A stretch of DNA of 64,000 nucleotides from an uncultured Gemmatimonadales bacterium (GCA_963728915.1 CAVSLV010000001.1:736001-800000); one strand, 5' to 3'. Shown: positions 9,733 through 19,910, counted from the first letter of the stretch. Notes: generated by a model not told the origin, from the letters alone. Made by a program: numbers and translations.

Positions 9733-11778
9733 ATGACCCGCATCGCCCTTCTCGCTCTCTGCTCGGCGGCGCTCCCGGTCGGCCTCGCCGCCCAGCAGCT
9801 CGACACCCTCCCCCCGGTCGAAACGGTCGCGACCCGGATCCCGGAAAAGCCCCACCGTGTTCCCGCTTCGATCGAGGTGATTCGAGGAGCCGAGCTTCGG
9901 GCCCGAGGGGCCCGCTCCCTGCAGGATGCGCTTGCGCTCGCCGCGGGCGTGGCGATTGCCCCCGGGGGAGATGGTGGCCCGGCCAGCGCGGTCCCGGAAT
10001 TCTGGGGTCTCCGGGAGTTCGATGCATTCCTGCTCGTGGTGGATGGGATTCCCTGGGGAGGAGCCCTGAACCCGGCCTTGTCCACGCTGGACCTGAACGA
10101 CGTGGAACGGATCGAGATCCTGCGCGGCGCTGCCCCGGTCACCTACGGAGCCACCAGCTTCGTGGGGGTGATTCAAGTCGTCCATAACCCGGCGTATGTG
10201 ACCACCCGGCGCCTCTCCGCGCGGGGCGGAAGCTATGGAAACGCCGGTGCGTCGGCCGCCGCGGGCACGCTGCTGGGCTCCTGGAGCGCCAGGGGGACCG
10301 CGGATGTTGACCGGGTTGCCTACCGGGACGACCGGACCCAGTCCTCGACCGGACATGCCCAGCTCCGGATCGCCAAACCGGGAACCGATCGCGACACCTG
10401 GGCGATGGCCGACGTCAGCCTCGTTCGCCAGGACCCCGCGAGCCCGCATCCCCGGGAGGGAGCCACGCTCTCGGATGCGGTCCCGCTCGACGCCAACCAC
10501 AATCCCGCGGGGGCGTTTATCAACGAGAACCGGGTCGTTGGATCGGCCGGGCTCAGCCGACCGGTGTTCGGGAATGCAAGCTGGACTACAATGGCCTCGT
10601 TCACCCATTCGAGTCAGAGCATCTTTCGCGGGTTCCTGACCGAGATCTCGAGCGATCCCGACAATGCCTCGGGATTCCGGGAGAACATCGAGATCAACGA
10701 CGTCTATCTCGATACCCACCTGATGTGGCCAAGCCGTCCCACGCTTCGGTTCGTTCTCGGGGCGGACGGGCTATTCGCGAACGGGGAGGCCAAAGGCGCG
10801 ACGTTCACCTATACCGCGCCGCTCGACGGAGCCACCGCGCCCAGCGTCCCCGAGCCGACCACCCTGGACAAGGATGCCGAGGATCGCCGGCTCTTCCTCG
10901 GCGGATACGCATCGGTGGAATGGCAGCCGGTCGAACGCTTCACCTTGAGCGGTGGTGTCCGCCTGAACCTCACCTCGGAGGAGCGGGATGAGGGAGCCGT
11001 GTCCTCCGACCATTCCCGCCTGAGCGGGAGCGTCGGCGCCCTGTTCAGCGTCTGGGAGCGTAACCTCGATCACTTCCGGCTCTTCGCCAACTTCCGCGAC
11101 ACCTTCAAGCCCGCGGCCTTCGACTTCGGGCTCGGCGAGGAGGAGGAAGGAGAGGAAGGAATCCTGGATCCCGAAACCGCCCAGAGCTATGAGGCCGGGT
11201 TCAAGGCAACCCTGGCGAATGCACGGGTGGATTTCGAGGGCAGCGTCTTTCGGATGAACTTCAAGAACCTGGTGACCGCCACGATCGTCAACGGCCAACC
11301 GGCGCTCATGAACACGGGCAAGACCCGCTTCCAGGGGATTGAGCTCGCCATGGACCTCCGGCTTCCCCGCGACTTCACGGCTCGCGCGAGCTACAGCTTC
11401 CACGATGGGAAGTTCGTTGACTTCGAACAGGAATTCGACGGCGTGCCCACCCAGCTCGCGGGGAACCGGGTGGAGATGTCCCCCCGCCACCTCGTGTCGG
11501 CGGGATTCTATCGGGCTCCGAGCCGAGGGATCCTGCTCAACGCCAACCTCAACTTCACCGGCAACCGCTATCTGAACAAGCGCAACACCGCTCTGGCGAG
11601 CAAGTTCGTCACCGTGGACGCCGGACTGGGATATCGCACCGGCCGGATCGAGCTGCGCCTGGACGGCCGGAACCTGACCAACCGCCGGGACCCTGTTTCG
11701 GAAAGCGAGTTCGGCGACGCCCAGTACTATCGCATGCCCGCCCGCACCTTCATCGGAGGCGTCGTCTTCACGTACTGA
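9733..11778 (+). CDS. TonB-dependent outer membrane receptor
   Basis: Signal peptide; plug motif VERIEILRGAAPVTYG; barrel motifs DPETAQSYEAG and NLTNR; terminal aromatic residue. Confidence 0.92.
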   Translation: MTRIALLALCSAALPVGLAAQQLDTLPPVETVATRIPEKPHRVPASIEVIRGAELRARGARSLQDALALAAGVAIAPGGDGGPASAVPEFWGLREFDAFLLVVDGIPWGGALNPALSTLDLNDVERIEILRGAAPVTYGATSFVGVIQVVHNPAYVTTRRLSARGGSYGNAGASAAAGTLLGSWSARGTADVDRVAYRDDRTQSSTGHAQLRIAKPGTDRDTWAMADVSLVRQDPASPHPREGATLSDAVPLDANHNPAGAFINENRVVGSAGLSRPVFGNASWTTMASFTHSSQSIFRGFLTEISSDPDNASGFRENIEINDVYLDTHLMWPSRPTLRFVLGADGLFANGEAKGATFTYTAPLDGATAPSVPEPTTLDKDAEDRRLFLGGYASVEWQPVERFTLSGGVRLNLTSEERDEGAVSSDHSRLSGSVGALFSVWERNLDHFRLFANFRDTFKPAAFDFGLGEEEEGEEGILDPETAQSYEAGFKATLANARVDFEGSVFRMNFKNLVTATIVNGQPALMNTGKTRFQGIELAMDLRLPRDFTARASYSFHDGKFVDFEQEFDGVPTQLAGNRVEMSPRHLVSAGFYRAPSRGILLNANLNFTGNRYLNKRNTALASKFVTVDAGLGYRTGRIELRLDGRNLTNRRDPVSESEFGDAQYYRMPARTFIGGVVFTY

Positions 11779-13213
11779 GCGGCTGCAGGGGCAGGACCAG
11801 CCGGAACGCAGTCAACCCGGGGCGCGACTCGGCGAGGTCGAGGCGCCCCGTGTGCATCTCGGCGATTCTCCTCGCGATCGCGAGGCCGAGCCCGGCGCCG
11901 GAGGAGCCCGGGCTGTTCTCTCTGGTCCGGGCGCTGTCGACGCGAAAAAACGGTTCGAAGACCCGCGGGCGGACCTCCTCAGGAACCCCGGGACCACGGT
12001 CGGTCACCCGGACCGAACATTCGCCATTACGCCGTTCCATCGCGACATCGACTGCCTCGCCTGCCGGCGAGTAGCGGACCGCATTGTCGAGCAGGTTGAG
12101 CAGCAGGCGCCCCAGCAAATCGGCGTCGCCGTGAATCGGTGCCTCCGACAACCCCTCGATCCGGATTCGCACCTGTTTCTGCTCGGCCACCGACGCCATG
12201 GAGCGCACCGCCTCCTGCACCACGTCGTCCAGGTAGAGCGCCTCGGATTGCATGGTCAGCTGACCCGCGTCGCTCCGGGCCAGAAGGAAGAGGTCGTCCA
12301 CGATCCGGCTCAGTCGTCGGGCCGCGTCGCGAATGACGGTCATCGATTCGCGGTACTGGGCTTCGTCCCGATGGGCCTGCCGCAAGGTCACGTCGGCTTC
12401 GCTCCGGACGATCGCCGTCGGGGTGCGAAGCTCGTGCGACGCATCGGCCACGAACCGCCGTTGCTGGGCGAAGGCTCGCTCCAGCCGGTCGAGCAGCTCG
12501 TTGATGACGACCGCGAGGTCGCTCAGTTCCTTCGATCCGGAGACCGGAAGGCGTTCATCCAGCCTGCTGGCGGTGATCTCGGTTGCGCGCGCGGCCATCG
12601 CGGCTACCGGAGCAAGACTTCGCCGGGCCAGGAGCGAGCCGCCGGCCGCCGCCCCGGCAATCAGCAACGGAATCCCGATGCCGAACAAGCGTTGCAGCCC
12701 GTGCAGGACGCTCTCCAGATCGCCCAATGGCGCCGCACCCATGACCCACATCGGCTCTCCATCGAGTTGAATCGGGAAGGCGGTTACCCGGAAGGAGGCC
12801 CTTCCACTCGCGATGGTCCGGGAATGGTTGCCCGCTCCATAGCCCGTCAGCTCCCCCATTTCCCGGCGGAGAACCGACCAGTCCGGCCCCGGTGAGGCCT
12901 CTCGCTCTTCCGGGATCGTGGTGTGGGCCAGGACCGCTCCCGCGGAATCGAGTACGGCAATTCTCAAGTCGCGGAACCGGACTTCTTCGAGCGTCTTTCT
13001 CACCGCGGCGGGAAGCCCCGGAGCGATCCGCCGTTCCGCCACCAGCTCGCGCGAGAATGTGGTCAGGGCATCGCTCAGGAAGCGGTCGGTCCGGCTTCGC
13101 AACGTGCGGGCGACGGTGACGTAGGAGGCGACCGCGAAGGTAATGAGAGGAACCGCGAGCAGAACCGAATACCACAGGGTGAGCTGCACCCGGAGCGAGC
13201 CAGGCCAGCGCAT
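11768..13213 (-). CDS. Sensor histidine kinase with HAMP domain (CusS/CzcS-like)
   Basis: Two TM segments; FVADASHELRTP H-box; NLLDNA, DRGPG, GAGLGL. Confidence 0.93.
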   Translation of the reverse strand: MRWPGSLRVQLTLWYSVLLAVPLITFAVASYVTVARTLRSRTDRFLSDALTTFSRELVAERRIAPGLPAAVRKTLEEVRFRDLRIAVLDSAGAVLAHTTIPEEREASPGPDWSVLRREMGELTGYGAGNHSRTIASGRASFRVTAFPIQLDGEPMWVMGAAPLGDLESVLHGLQRLFGIGIPLLIAGAAAGGSLLARRSLAPVAAMAARATEITASRLDERLPVSGSKELSDLAVVINELLDRLERAFAQQRRFVADASHELRTPTAIVRSEADVTLRQAHRDEAQYRESMTVIRDAARRLSRIVDDLFLLARSDAGQLTMQSEALYLDDVVQEAVRSMASVAEQKQVRIRIEGLSEAPIHGDADLLGRLLLNLLDNAVRYSPAGEAVDVAMERRNGECSVRVTDRGPGVPEEVRPRVFEPFFRVDSARTRENSPGSSGAGLGLAIARRIAEMHTGRLDLAESRPGLTAFRLVLPLQPLST

Positions 13214-13214
13214 G

Positions 13215-13937
13215 CTATCCTCTGGCGCCGGACCGGGAGCGGCGGATTCGGGGAGACGACGCCTCGAGCAGGAACCCGGCCCCGCGCAGGGTCGCCAGCA
13301 GCGGAACCCGCTCTCCCTCGTCGATCTTGCGGCGCAACCGGCTCACATATACGTCGATGATGTTGGAGTAGACCGTCTCGCCGCCCCAGACGTCCTGGGT
13401 GAGCTCGGCGCGACTCACCACCCGGCCGGCGTTGACGGCCAGGCAGAGCAGGAAATCGTACTCCTTGCCGGTCAGAGGAATGTCGCGATTTCCCCGGCGC
13501 ACCGCGTGACGGACCGTATCAATACTCAGGTCTCCCACGCTGATCCGGGGCGCCAGCACATCGCGGCTCCGGCGAAGCAGCGCGCGAAGCCGGGCCAGAA
13601 GCTCGCCAAAATCGAAGGGCTTGGTGAGATAGTCGTCGGCGCCGGCATCGAGGCCCGCGATGCGCTGGTCGATGGCATCCAGGGCGGTCAGCATCAGAAT
13701 CGGGGACCGGATCCCGGCGACCCGAAGTTTGCCGCAGAGGACATCCCCACGGATCCCGGGAACCAGGATATCGAGCAACAGCGCGTCATACGGTTTGGAC
13801 TGGGCCAGGACTAGCGCCTCAGGACCCGTCGCAGCCTGGTCCACCAGGTAGCCCGCTTCCTCGAGCCCCCTGGCAATGGAGGCTCTGAGCGGATGGTCGT
13901 CCTCGACGAGGAGGATTCTGGACCGGGCCTTGGACAT
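13215..13937 (-). CDS. OmpR-family response regulator
   Basis: LLVEDD, GADDYLTKPF, winged helix with DVYVSRLRRKI and RGAGF. Confidence 0.93.
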   Translation of the reverse strand: MSKARSRILLVEDDHPLRASIARGLEEAGYLVDQAATGPEALVLAQSKPYDALLLDILVPGIRGDVLCGKLRVAGIRSPILMLTALDAIDQRIAGLDAGADDYLTKPFDFGELLARLRALLRRSRDVLAPRISVGDLSIDTVRHAVRRGNRDIPLTGKEYDFLLCLAVNAGRVVSRAELTQDVWGGETVYSNIIDVYVSRLRRKIDEGERVPLLATLRGAGFLLEASSPRIRRSRSGARG

Positions 13938-14026
13938 CGACGTAATAATACGACACTCCGCCCACCTGGAGGTGAAGGAACGCGGCGGGGTTGCTGCCGC
14001 TCCGGAGAGCGCTCAAGTCGGGTCGA

Positions 14027-14056
14027 TGACGGTTCGCGCCTCGGAATGGCGCAATG
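14027..14056 (+). promoter_or_regulatory. Candidate ECF promoter, variant motif
   Basis: TGACGG-N14-TGGCGCAATG; same geometry as the motif at 26907, 29490 and 30141. Confidence 0.4.
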
Positions 14057-14083
14057 CTGAGAGTACACTGCCCTGGAGAGCGC

Positions 14084-14581
14084 ATGAACCGGCTGATCCG
14101 ATCGGTCCTGATGAGCGGTACCCTGCTGGCGGGAGTGGCCTGCGGTGGTGGAGGTCCAGCCGATCCCAACGACGACAACAACGACAACAACAACGGGAAC
14201 CAGACCGGCAACCGGACCATGAGCGCGACCTGGAACGGGGTCGCCTTCAGTCCCAACCTGCTGACCTCCGCGTATCTCAGCGGAAACGTCTCGGTCAGCG
14301 CAGCCGATGGCACCCGCAATTTCCACCTCGCCGCCATCAACGTGAATTCCACCGGCACCTATCAGGTCGGTCCCGGAAATCCCAACAGCGCCATCGCCGA
14401 GTGGGTCGACAACATCGGGAGCTATTCGAGCGGGTTCACCGGCGGGGGTGGAACCGTCACATTCACGGTCCTTCAGCTTGGCAGGGTAGCCGGCTCTCTC
14501 AATGTCACCATGCGGAACACCGCCACCGGGAAGAGCGACTCCATCGTCCTGGTCGGCACCTTCGATATTCCGTTCCCCTGA
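14084..14581 (+). CDS. Beta-rich lipoprotein of unknown function
   Basis: GGAG RBS; lipobox GVAC; D/N-rich linker. Confidence 0.75.
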   Translation: MNRLIRSVLMSGTLLAGVACGGGGPADPNDDNNDNNNGNQTGNRTMSATWNGVAFSPNLLTSAYLSGNVSVSAADGTRNFHLAAINVNSTGTYQVGPGNPNSAIAEWVDNIGSYSSGFTGGGGTVTFTVLQLGRVAGSLNVTMRNTATGKSDSIVLVGTFDIPFP

Positions 14582-14584
14582 TCC

Positions 14585-15004
14585 CTACCGGGGCCTGGTT
14601 CGATGCTCGAGCCGGATGACCAGCTTGAGCCCGGACCAGGTCTCGTCCACGGCGCAAACCTTGATGTCCACCAGGTGAAGCGGAAACGCCAGCTCACGCA
14701 CCACGTCCTCGGTCAGGTCACTTGCCACGCCCGAGGACTTCTTGGGCCAGGACACCCAGATCATCCCATTCTCCCGGATCTGGCCTCGGCAGGCGGGAAG
14801 GTGATGCGCCAGCTCGCGGCGGTTTCGAGCGAAGAGATGACAGAGGTCAACCACTGAGCGTGCCTTGGGGGATATCGACACACCCTCGGGAACCGGAGCC
14901 AGAAGGGCGCGGTAGTTGGGCGGGGCGCCGACCGTCAGGACCCGGAAACCGGGTTTGATCCCCAGTTTTTTCGCCAGCGGGGTCCCCGAATAGCCCGCCG
15001 GCAT
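14585..15004 (-). CDS. DUF3052-like protein
   Basis: GYSGTPLAKKLGIK, WVSWPKKSSG, VDIKVCAVDETWSGLK. Confidence 0.85.
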   Translation of the reverse strand: MPAGYSGTPLAKKLGIKPGFRVLTVGAPPNYRALLAPVPEGVSISPKARSVVDLCHLFARNRRELAHHLPACRGQIRENGMIWVSWPKKSSGVASDLTEDVVRELAFPLHLVDIKVCAVDETWSGLKLVIRLEHRTRPR

Positions 15005-15841
15005 TCAGACTGCCTCCCGGCTCGGTCCGACCCATGGACCGTACAATTCGGGTCGCCGGTGGCGAAGGAAGAGCCGGCGCGCATGGGAGTCGGCCAGCTG
15101 AGCGAAATCAAGGTCGGCGTAGAGGATGGTTTCCTGACCCGCGGCGGCTCGGGCAACGATGGCGCCGTCGGGATCCGCCACGAACGACTCGCCCGCGAAC
15201 TCGAGGCAGTCTTCCCGTCCCACTCGATTGCAGAGCCCTACGAAGTATCCGTTCTGGAAGGCGGCAACCCGCATCTCGGCTTCGAAGAGACCCTCAGGCC
15301 ACTCCCCGACCGAGCCGGCTTGCGGGACCAGCACCAGATCGGCTCCTCCGATAGCGAGGGCCCGCATGTACTCGGGGAAGTGACGGTCATAGCAGATCGC
15401 CACGCCGATCCGTCCCACCTTGGTCGTGAAGACGGGTGCGCCTGAATCCCCCGGGGTGTAGTAGCCCTGTTCGTGAAAACAGGCGTACTCGGTGATGTGA
15501 ATCATCCGGGTAACCCCGAGCAGGGCGCCGTCGGCATCGATGACGGGCGAGCTATCGTAGCAGTGTTGCCCCGCGCGCTCGAAGAAGTTCATCACGACGA
15601 CCATGTCGAGCTCCCGCGCCTTGGCGCGGACCGCGCTCACCAGTGGACCGTCGATCGGTTCGGCCAGCTCGCGGGGATCGCCGTTGGCGGGCCGCTGGGG
15701 GTGGAACCATTCGAACCCGAGCTCGGCGAATCCGGCGACCCGGGCTCCTTGACGGGCGGCTTCTTCCAGGGCGGCCAGGCCCCGGGTCAGGTTCGCCGCC
15801 TTGTCTTTGGTGGCTCGATGCTGGATGAGGGCGAGCTTCAT
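15005..15841 (-). CDS. Carbon-nitrogen hydrolase (nitrilase superfamily; N-carbamoylputrescine amidase/beta-ureidopropionase-like)
   Basis: FAEL, ICYDRHFPE, NRVGRE, RRPELY. Confidence 0.88.
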   Translation of the reverse strand: MKLALIQHRATKDKAANLTRGLAALEEAARQGARVAGFAELGFEWFHPQRPANGDPRELAEPIDGPLVSAVRAKARELDMVVVMNFFERAGQHCYDSSPVIDADGALLGVTRMIHITEYACFHEQGYYTPGDSGAPVFTTKVGRIGVAICYDRHFPEYMRALAIGGADLVLVPQAGSVGEWPEGLFEAEMRVAAFQNGYFVGLCNRVGREDCLEFAGESFVADPDGAIVARAAAGQETILYADLDFAQLADSHARRLFLRHRRPELYGPWVGPSREAV

Positions 15842-15866
15842 GGGCGATAAACTTATCGCCCCCTGG

Positions 15867-16853
15867 TCAGTGGGTGACCACCCCTGCCATCCGCACGACT
15901 TCGAAATCGCTGCCATGGAGCTGTTTCAATGTGTTGATCTCATCATCGTTCCAGCGGGCATCAGCCACTCCGCTCAGAAACCAGTCGCTGCCGTTATCGG
16001 CCACGATCATCCCGTAGGTCTTGAGCGCCTGGAGAATCACCTGGACCCGGACCGGGAAGCCTCCGGTTGCAAACCCGGCCTTGAGCCGCATCCGCATCCC
16101 CATGGGAGGCCGGAGTGGGTCCGTGTCGCTGCTGGCCCAGTGTCGAGCTGGCGCGAGGTAGGCCCGTCGGGTCCGGCTGACGGTGAATCGAAGGGCGTGC
16201 CGGATGGCGCCGGCCTCCACCTCGTCATACCGGACTAGTCCCGCAAGGATCGGCAGGCCAGCGGCGTCGGCCGAGGTCCAGCCGGCGGGTCGGAGCGCAT
16301 TGGAGCTCAGGTCGAAAATGGCTCCCGACCCCGCGTGCCATGACCCGTTACCTTGAGGATAGGCCGCGAAGAGCTCGTACAGCTTCCAGCCGGTTCGGTC
16401 GACCACGAGGATATGTCGGTCCCCATCCGAGCTTGACCCTCCTTCGATCGGTGCATCCCGCGGAATGGGGTATGGACCGGGGTCGCTTTCGTCGGCATAG
16501 TCAAAGGTCACCATCACCCGTGCCTGGTCCTCATTGACCACGACATATGGGATTCCGAAAGGTCCCCCGTTCCAATTGGCGCCGAAATCGGGGTGCAGTG
16601 CTTTTCCGGGACCGATTTGGGCCACAATCTGATCTGAATTCGGGTCAACCCGGGCGGTATCCACGGGTAGGTTCCAGGGGTTGTCATCGGGAAAGAGCCT
16701 TGGGAGCTCGGCATTGAGCCCCAGGCTCTCGCCGGCAAGTGGTCCAGGGGTGGCTGGGTCGGAATCGGAGGTAGGGCTCGTCTGGCAGGCCGCGTTACCA
16801 AGAACGAGGAGAAAGCCAAGAGTGTATCTGGCGTGCCAGGTCATGCCGTGCAT
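15867..16853 (-). CDS. Conserved secreted lipoprotein of unknown function
   Basis: Lipobox-like NAAC; FPDDNPWN, GDRH, WTSADAAGLP, YGMIVADNG. Confidence 0.75.
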   Translation of the reverse strand: MHGMTWHARYTLGFLLVLGNAACQTSPTSDSDPATPGPLAGESLGLNAELPRLFPDDNPWNLPVDTARVDPNSDQIVAQIGPGKALHPDFGANWNGGPFGIPYVVVNEDQARVMVTFDYADESDPGPYPIPRDAPIEGGSSSDGDRHILVVDRTGWKLYELFAAYPQGNGSWHAGSGAIFDLSSNALRPAGWTSADAAGLPILAGLVRYDEVEAGAIRHALRFTVSRTRRAYLAPARHWASSDTDPLRPPMGMRMRLKAGFATGGFPVRVQVILQALKTYGMIVADNGSDWFLSGVADARWNDDEINTLKQLHGSDFEVVRMAGVVTH

Positions 16854-16941
16854 GAAGCAGGATTCACGCCCCCACACGGGCCGCCAGTTGACAGGGTTCT
16901 ACCCCGGATGCAGACTTTCTCGCCCGGATAAGGTGGTTGAA

Positions 16942-16971
16942 TGACCCCTGCGCGCCGGGAATTGCGCATAG
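16942..16971 (+). promoter_or_regulatory. Candidate ECF promoter, variant motif
   Basis: TGACCC-N14-TTGCGCATAG upstream of the large lipoprotein gene. Confidence 0.4.
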
Positions 16972-17045
16972 CAACTTGCCCTCCCTCTCGCGGCGCACTG
17001 GGCCCGCGGAGTCCTGGTAGAGGATCCATCCGAACGGAGCATCCG

Positions 17046-19889
17046 ATGCAATCCCGATCACCCTCGTTGACCTCACTCCTCGGCGCCGCGGTCCTCATCG
17101 CCTCCAGCCTGGTGGCTTCCTGTGGAGGGGGCGACGGCACATCGACCGGAGGCTCGATCAGCCTCAGCGTCAGTCCGACCAGCGGAAGTGTCCAGCAGGG
17201 CGGATCGCTCCAGGTCACCGGGACCATCACCCGCTCCGATGGCTTTACCGGCAACGTCTCGTTCGCCGTCACGGGCAGCAGCCTGCCGGCCGGTCTTTCG
17301 GGAAGCGCCAGCAACATCGTGACCAGTGGCGACGTCACAACCGCAACGATCACTCTGGCCACTACGTCCGCGACGCCGGCCGGCACCTATCAGATCACGG
17401 TGACGGGGTCCGGGAGCGGAGTCACTTCATCCAGCGTCACCTTCAGCCTGACCGTGACCGCCGCGCCGGTCGCCTCGTATACCCTGTCGGTCAACCCCGC
17501 GACGGTATCGGTCGTTCAGGGGAACACGGCAACCACCACGGTCTCGATTGCCCGAACCAACTTCACCGGCGCGGTGACCCTCGCGGTGGAAGGTCTGCCG
17601 AGCGGCGTGACCGCGAGCTTCAACCCCGCGAGCCCGGTGACAGCCAATAGCACGGTCCTCACCCTGACCGCGACGGGAACCGCCACCACCGGCGTCAGCA
17701 CGGTGACCATCCGGGGCACTACCCCCGGGCAAGCCCCCGAGAACACGGCCAGCGCGATCGCCGATCAGACGGTCACGCTCCAGCTCACGGTGACAGCGGC
17801 CAGCGGGACCGGCAACTTCACCCTCTCGGCAACTCCGGCCACGCTCAGCTTCGCTCAGGGCGCGGGCGGGACCTCGACCGTCAACGTCAATCGCACCGGT
17901 GGGTTCACCGGTAACGTCGCCCTGGCGGTCACCGGTGCCCCGGCCAACATGACGGCCAGCCTGAACCCGACCTCGACGACCGGCAATACCTCGACCCTGA
18001 CCGTCACGACGACGGCCACCGTGGCCCCGGGCAGCTACACCCTGACCATCACCGGGACCTTCAGCGGGCTGGCGAATCAGACCACGACCATCGCGGTGAC
18101 GGTGACTTCGGCTGGGAGCTATACGCTCTCGGCCACCCCGACCACGCTCAGCCTGGCGCAGGGAGCAGGCGGGACCTCCACCATCAACATCAACAGGACG
18201 GGCGGGTTCACCGGCAGCGTGGCCCTGGCGGTGACCGGGGCGCCGGCCAACATGACCGCGAGCATGAGCCCGACGCCGACGACCGCCAACTCCTCGACGC
18301 TTACCATTACCACGACGGCGGCGGTGGCGGCGGGGAACTACACCCTCACGATCACGGGAACCTTCGCCGGCCTCGCTGATCAGACCACGACGGTAGCGGT
18401 CACGATCACTTCGGCGGGCAACTATACCCTCTCCGCCACCCCCACCACCTTGAGCTTCGCCCAGGGCGCCGGGGGCACCTCCACCATCAACATCAACCGG
18501 ACCGGTGGGTTCGCCGGGAGTGTGGCGCTGGCGGTGACCGGGGCGCCGGCGAATATGACCGCCACGATGAACCCGACATCGACCACCACGAATTCCTCAA
18601 CCTTGACCATCACGACGACGGGGTCGGTCGCCACCGGGAACTACACGCTCACGATCACCGGCACCGCGACCGGGCTGACCAACCAGACCACGACGGTCGG
18701 GGTGACCGTTTCCAGTTCTGGCGGGGGCGGGAACGTCACGGTGGACTTCTCTGCATGCGCCGCGACGGCGAGAGCGATCTGGTTTGCGGGCAACAGCAAT
18801 GGGACCTGGACCGCGGTGACCGGGGTCAACAACGTGTACAGCTTCAGCGTGAGCGGGGGCAAAGGCGGTTACGCCTATGTCACCCAGAACGGCACCAGCT
18901 ACTCCCTGCTTGTGTTCTATCTGACCCAGACCGAGCTGACTTCCGGTACCATCAATATCTGCGGCACCAGCACGCCCCCGGCTGGCAAGACCATCATGGG
19001 CAGCGTCACCGGCCCGAGCGGATTCACGCAGAGCGTGAGCGTTTCCCTGGGCGGCGCCACGGCGACCGCCAGTCAGGCCCAGCCCAACTTCACGCTCCAG
19101 AACGTCGCAGACGGATCGCAGGATCTGGTGGCCTGGATGAACGATTTCCTTGTGGGCCCATCGGCGTCGGATCGCGGGCTGTTCATGCGGGCCATCAATC
19201 CGCCCAACCTGTCGAACGTCGGAGTTCTCAATATGACCGGGGGGAGCTCGTTCGCGGCAGCCACAGCGACGGCCACCCTCACCGGGCTGAGCGGCGGCGA
19301 GACGGTTTTCGGAAGCATGAGTTATTTGACCGGAGCGGCGTGTCAGGCTGGCTTCCTGTATTCCATCTTGACCGGCGGTGCCAGTATGACCATCACCGGG
19401 GTTCCGGCCGGCCAGCAGCAAGCCACCGATTTTCACCAGTTCACAGTGTCTGCCTCGACGACGGCGGGGACCAACACGTCGTCCCGGTTCCTGATCCAGT
19501 CCTTCCACACGCTGGCCAACCGCGCCTTCGACATGGGACCGGGCTACAGCGGAACCGTCACCTCCCTTGGAGGCACCTACAAGCGGCTCCAGGTGGTCAG
19601 CACGGTCCCGGCGGTGTATCAAACCTTCTACGCGGCGTTCATCTACTACAATGCTGATGCGTCTCGCTCGGTAACCATCACCGCGAGCCCGGGGTGGATC
19701 GGAGGCTCGAGCCTCACCCTCGGACTGGACGACTTCTCGGGGCTGGCGGGATGGCTGGATACCTACGCACCGGCAAGCGGTGCAGCGGTGACCTATTCCG
19801 CGTCCGTCGGCGGGTTCTCCGGGGCCTTCACCACATTCTGCTCGGAGGGAGCCATCTTGCGGACCTCGGCATTCACCGGGCAGATGTAA
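17046..19889 (+). CDS. Large Thr/Ser-rich surface lipoprotein with about five tandem Ig-like domains
   Basis: Lipobox VASC; repeated YTLSATP..GFTGSVALAVTG..GNYTLTITGT units; distinct C-terminal beta region. Confidence 0.85.
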   Translation: MQSRSPSLTSLLGAAVLIASSLVASCGGGDGTSTGGSISLSVSPTSGSVQQGGSLQVTGTITRSDGFTGNVSFAVTGSSLPAGLSGSASNIVTSGDVTTATITLATTSATPAGTYQITVTGSGSGVTSSSVTFSLTVTAAPVASYTLSVNPATVSVVQGNTATTTVSIARTNFTGAVTLAVEGLPSGVTASFNPASPVTANSTVLTLTATGTATTGVSTVTIRGTTPGQAPENTASAIADQTVTLQLTVTAASGTGNFTLSATPATLSFAQGAGGTSTVNVNRTGGFTGNVALAVTGAPANMTASLNPTSTTGNTSTLTVTTTATVAPGSYTLTITGTFSGLANQTTTIAVTVTSAGSYTLSATPTTLSLAQGAGGTSTININRTGGFTGSVALAVTGAPANMTASMSPTPTTANSSTLTITTTAAVAAGNYTLTITGTFAGLADQTTTVAVTITSAGNYTLSATPTTLSFAQGAGGTSTININRTGGFAGSVALAVTGAPANMTATMNPTSTTTNSSTLTITTTGSVATGNYTLTITGTATGLTNQTTTVGVTVSSSGGGGNVTVDFSACAATARAIWFAGNSNGTWTAVTGVNNVYSFSVSGGKGGYAYVTQNGTSYSLLVFYLTQTELTSGTINICGTSTPPAGKTIMGSVTGPSGFTQSVSVSLGGATATASQAQPNFTLQNVADGSQDLVAWMNDFLVGPSASDRGLFMRAINPPNLSNVGVLNMTGGSSFAAATATATLTGLSGGETVFGSMSYLTGAACQAGFLYSILTGGASMTITGVPAGQQQATDFHQFTVSASTTAGTNTSSRFLIQSFHTLANRAFDMGPGYSGTVTSLGGTYKRLQVVSTVPAVYQTFYAAFIYYNADASRSVTITASPGWIGGSSLTLGLDDFSGLAGWLDTYAPASGAAVTYSASVGGFSGAFTTFCSEGAILRTSAFTGQM
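17811..18716 (+). repeat. Three 303-bp (101 aa) intragenic tandem repeats
   Basis: Units start at 17811, 18114 and 18417; high protein identity with synonymous divergence. Confidence 0.9.
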
Positions 19890-19910
19890 CCTGCTGATCG
19901 AGGTCTGCGG

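Noticed and set aside
14168..14194. GAC/AAC trinucleotide run
   Set aside because: It simply encodes a low-complexity Asp/Asn lipoprotein linker
16888..16916. TTGACA-N17-CAGACT sigma70-like promoter
   Set aside because: The -10 element lacks the first conserved T, so it is too weak to call
17811..18716. Regularly spaced repeats as a possible CRISPR array
   Set aside because: They are in-frame 303-bp coding repeats with no unique spacers and no cas genes
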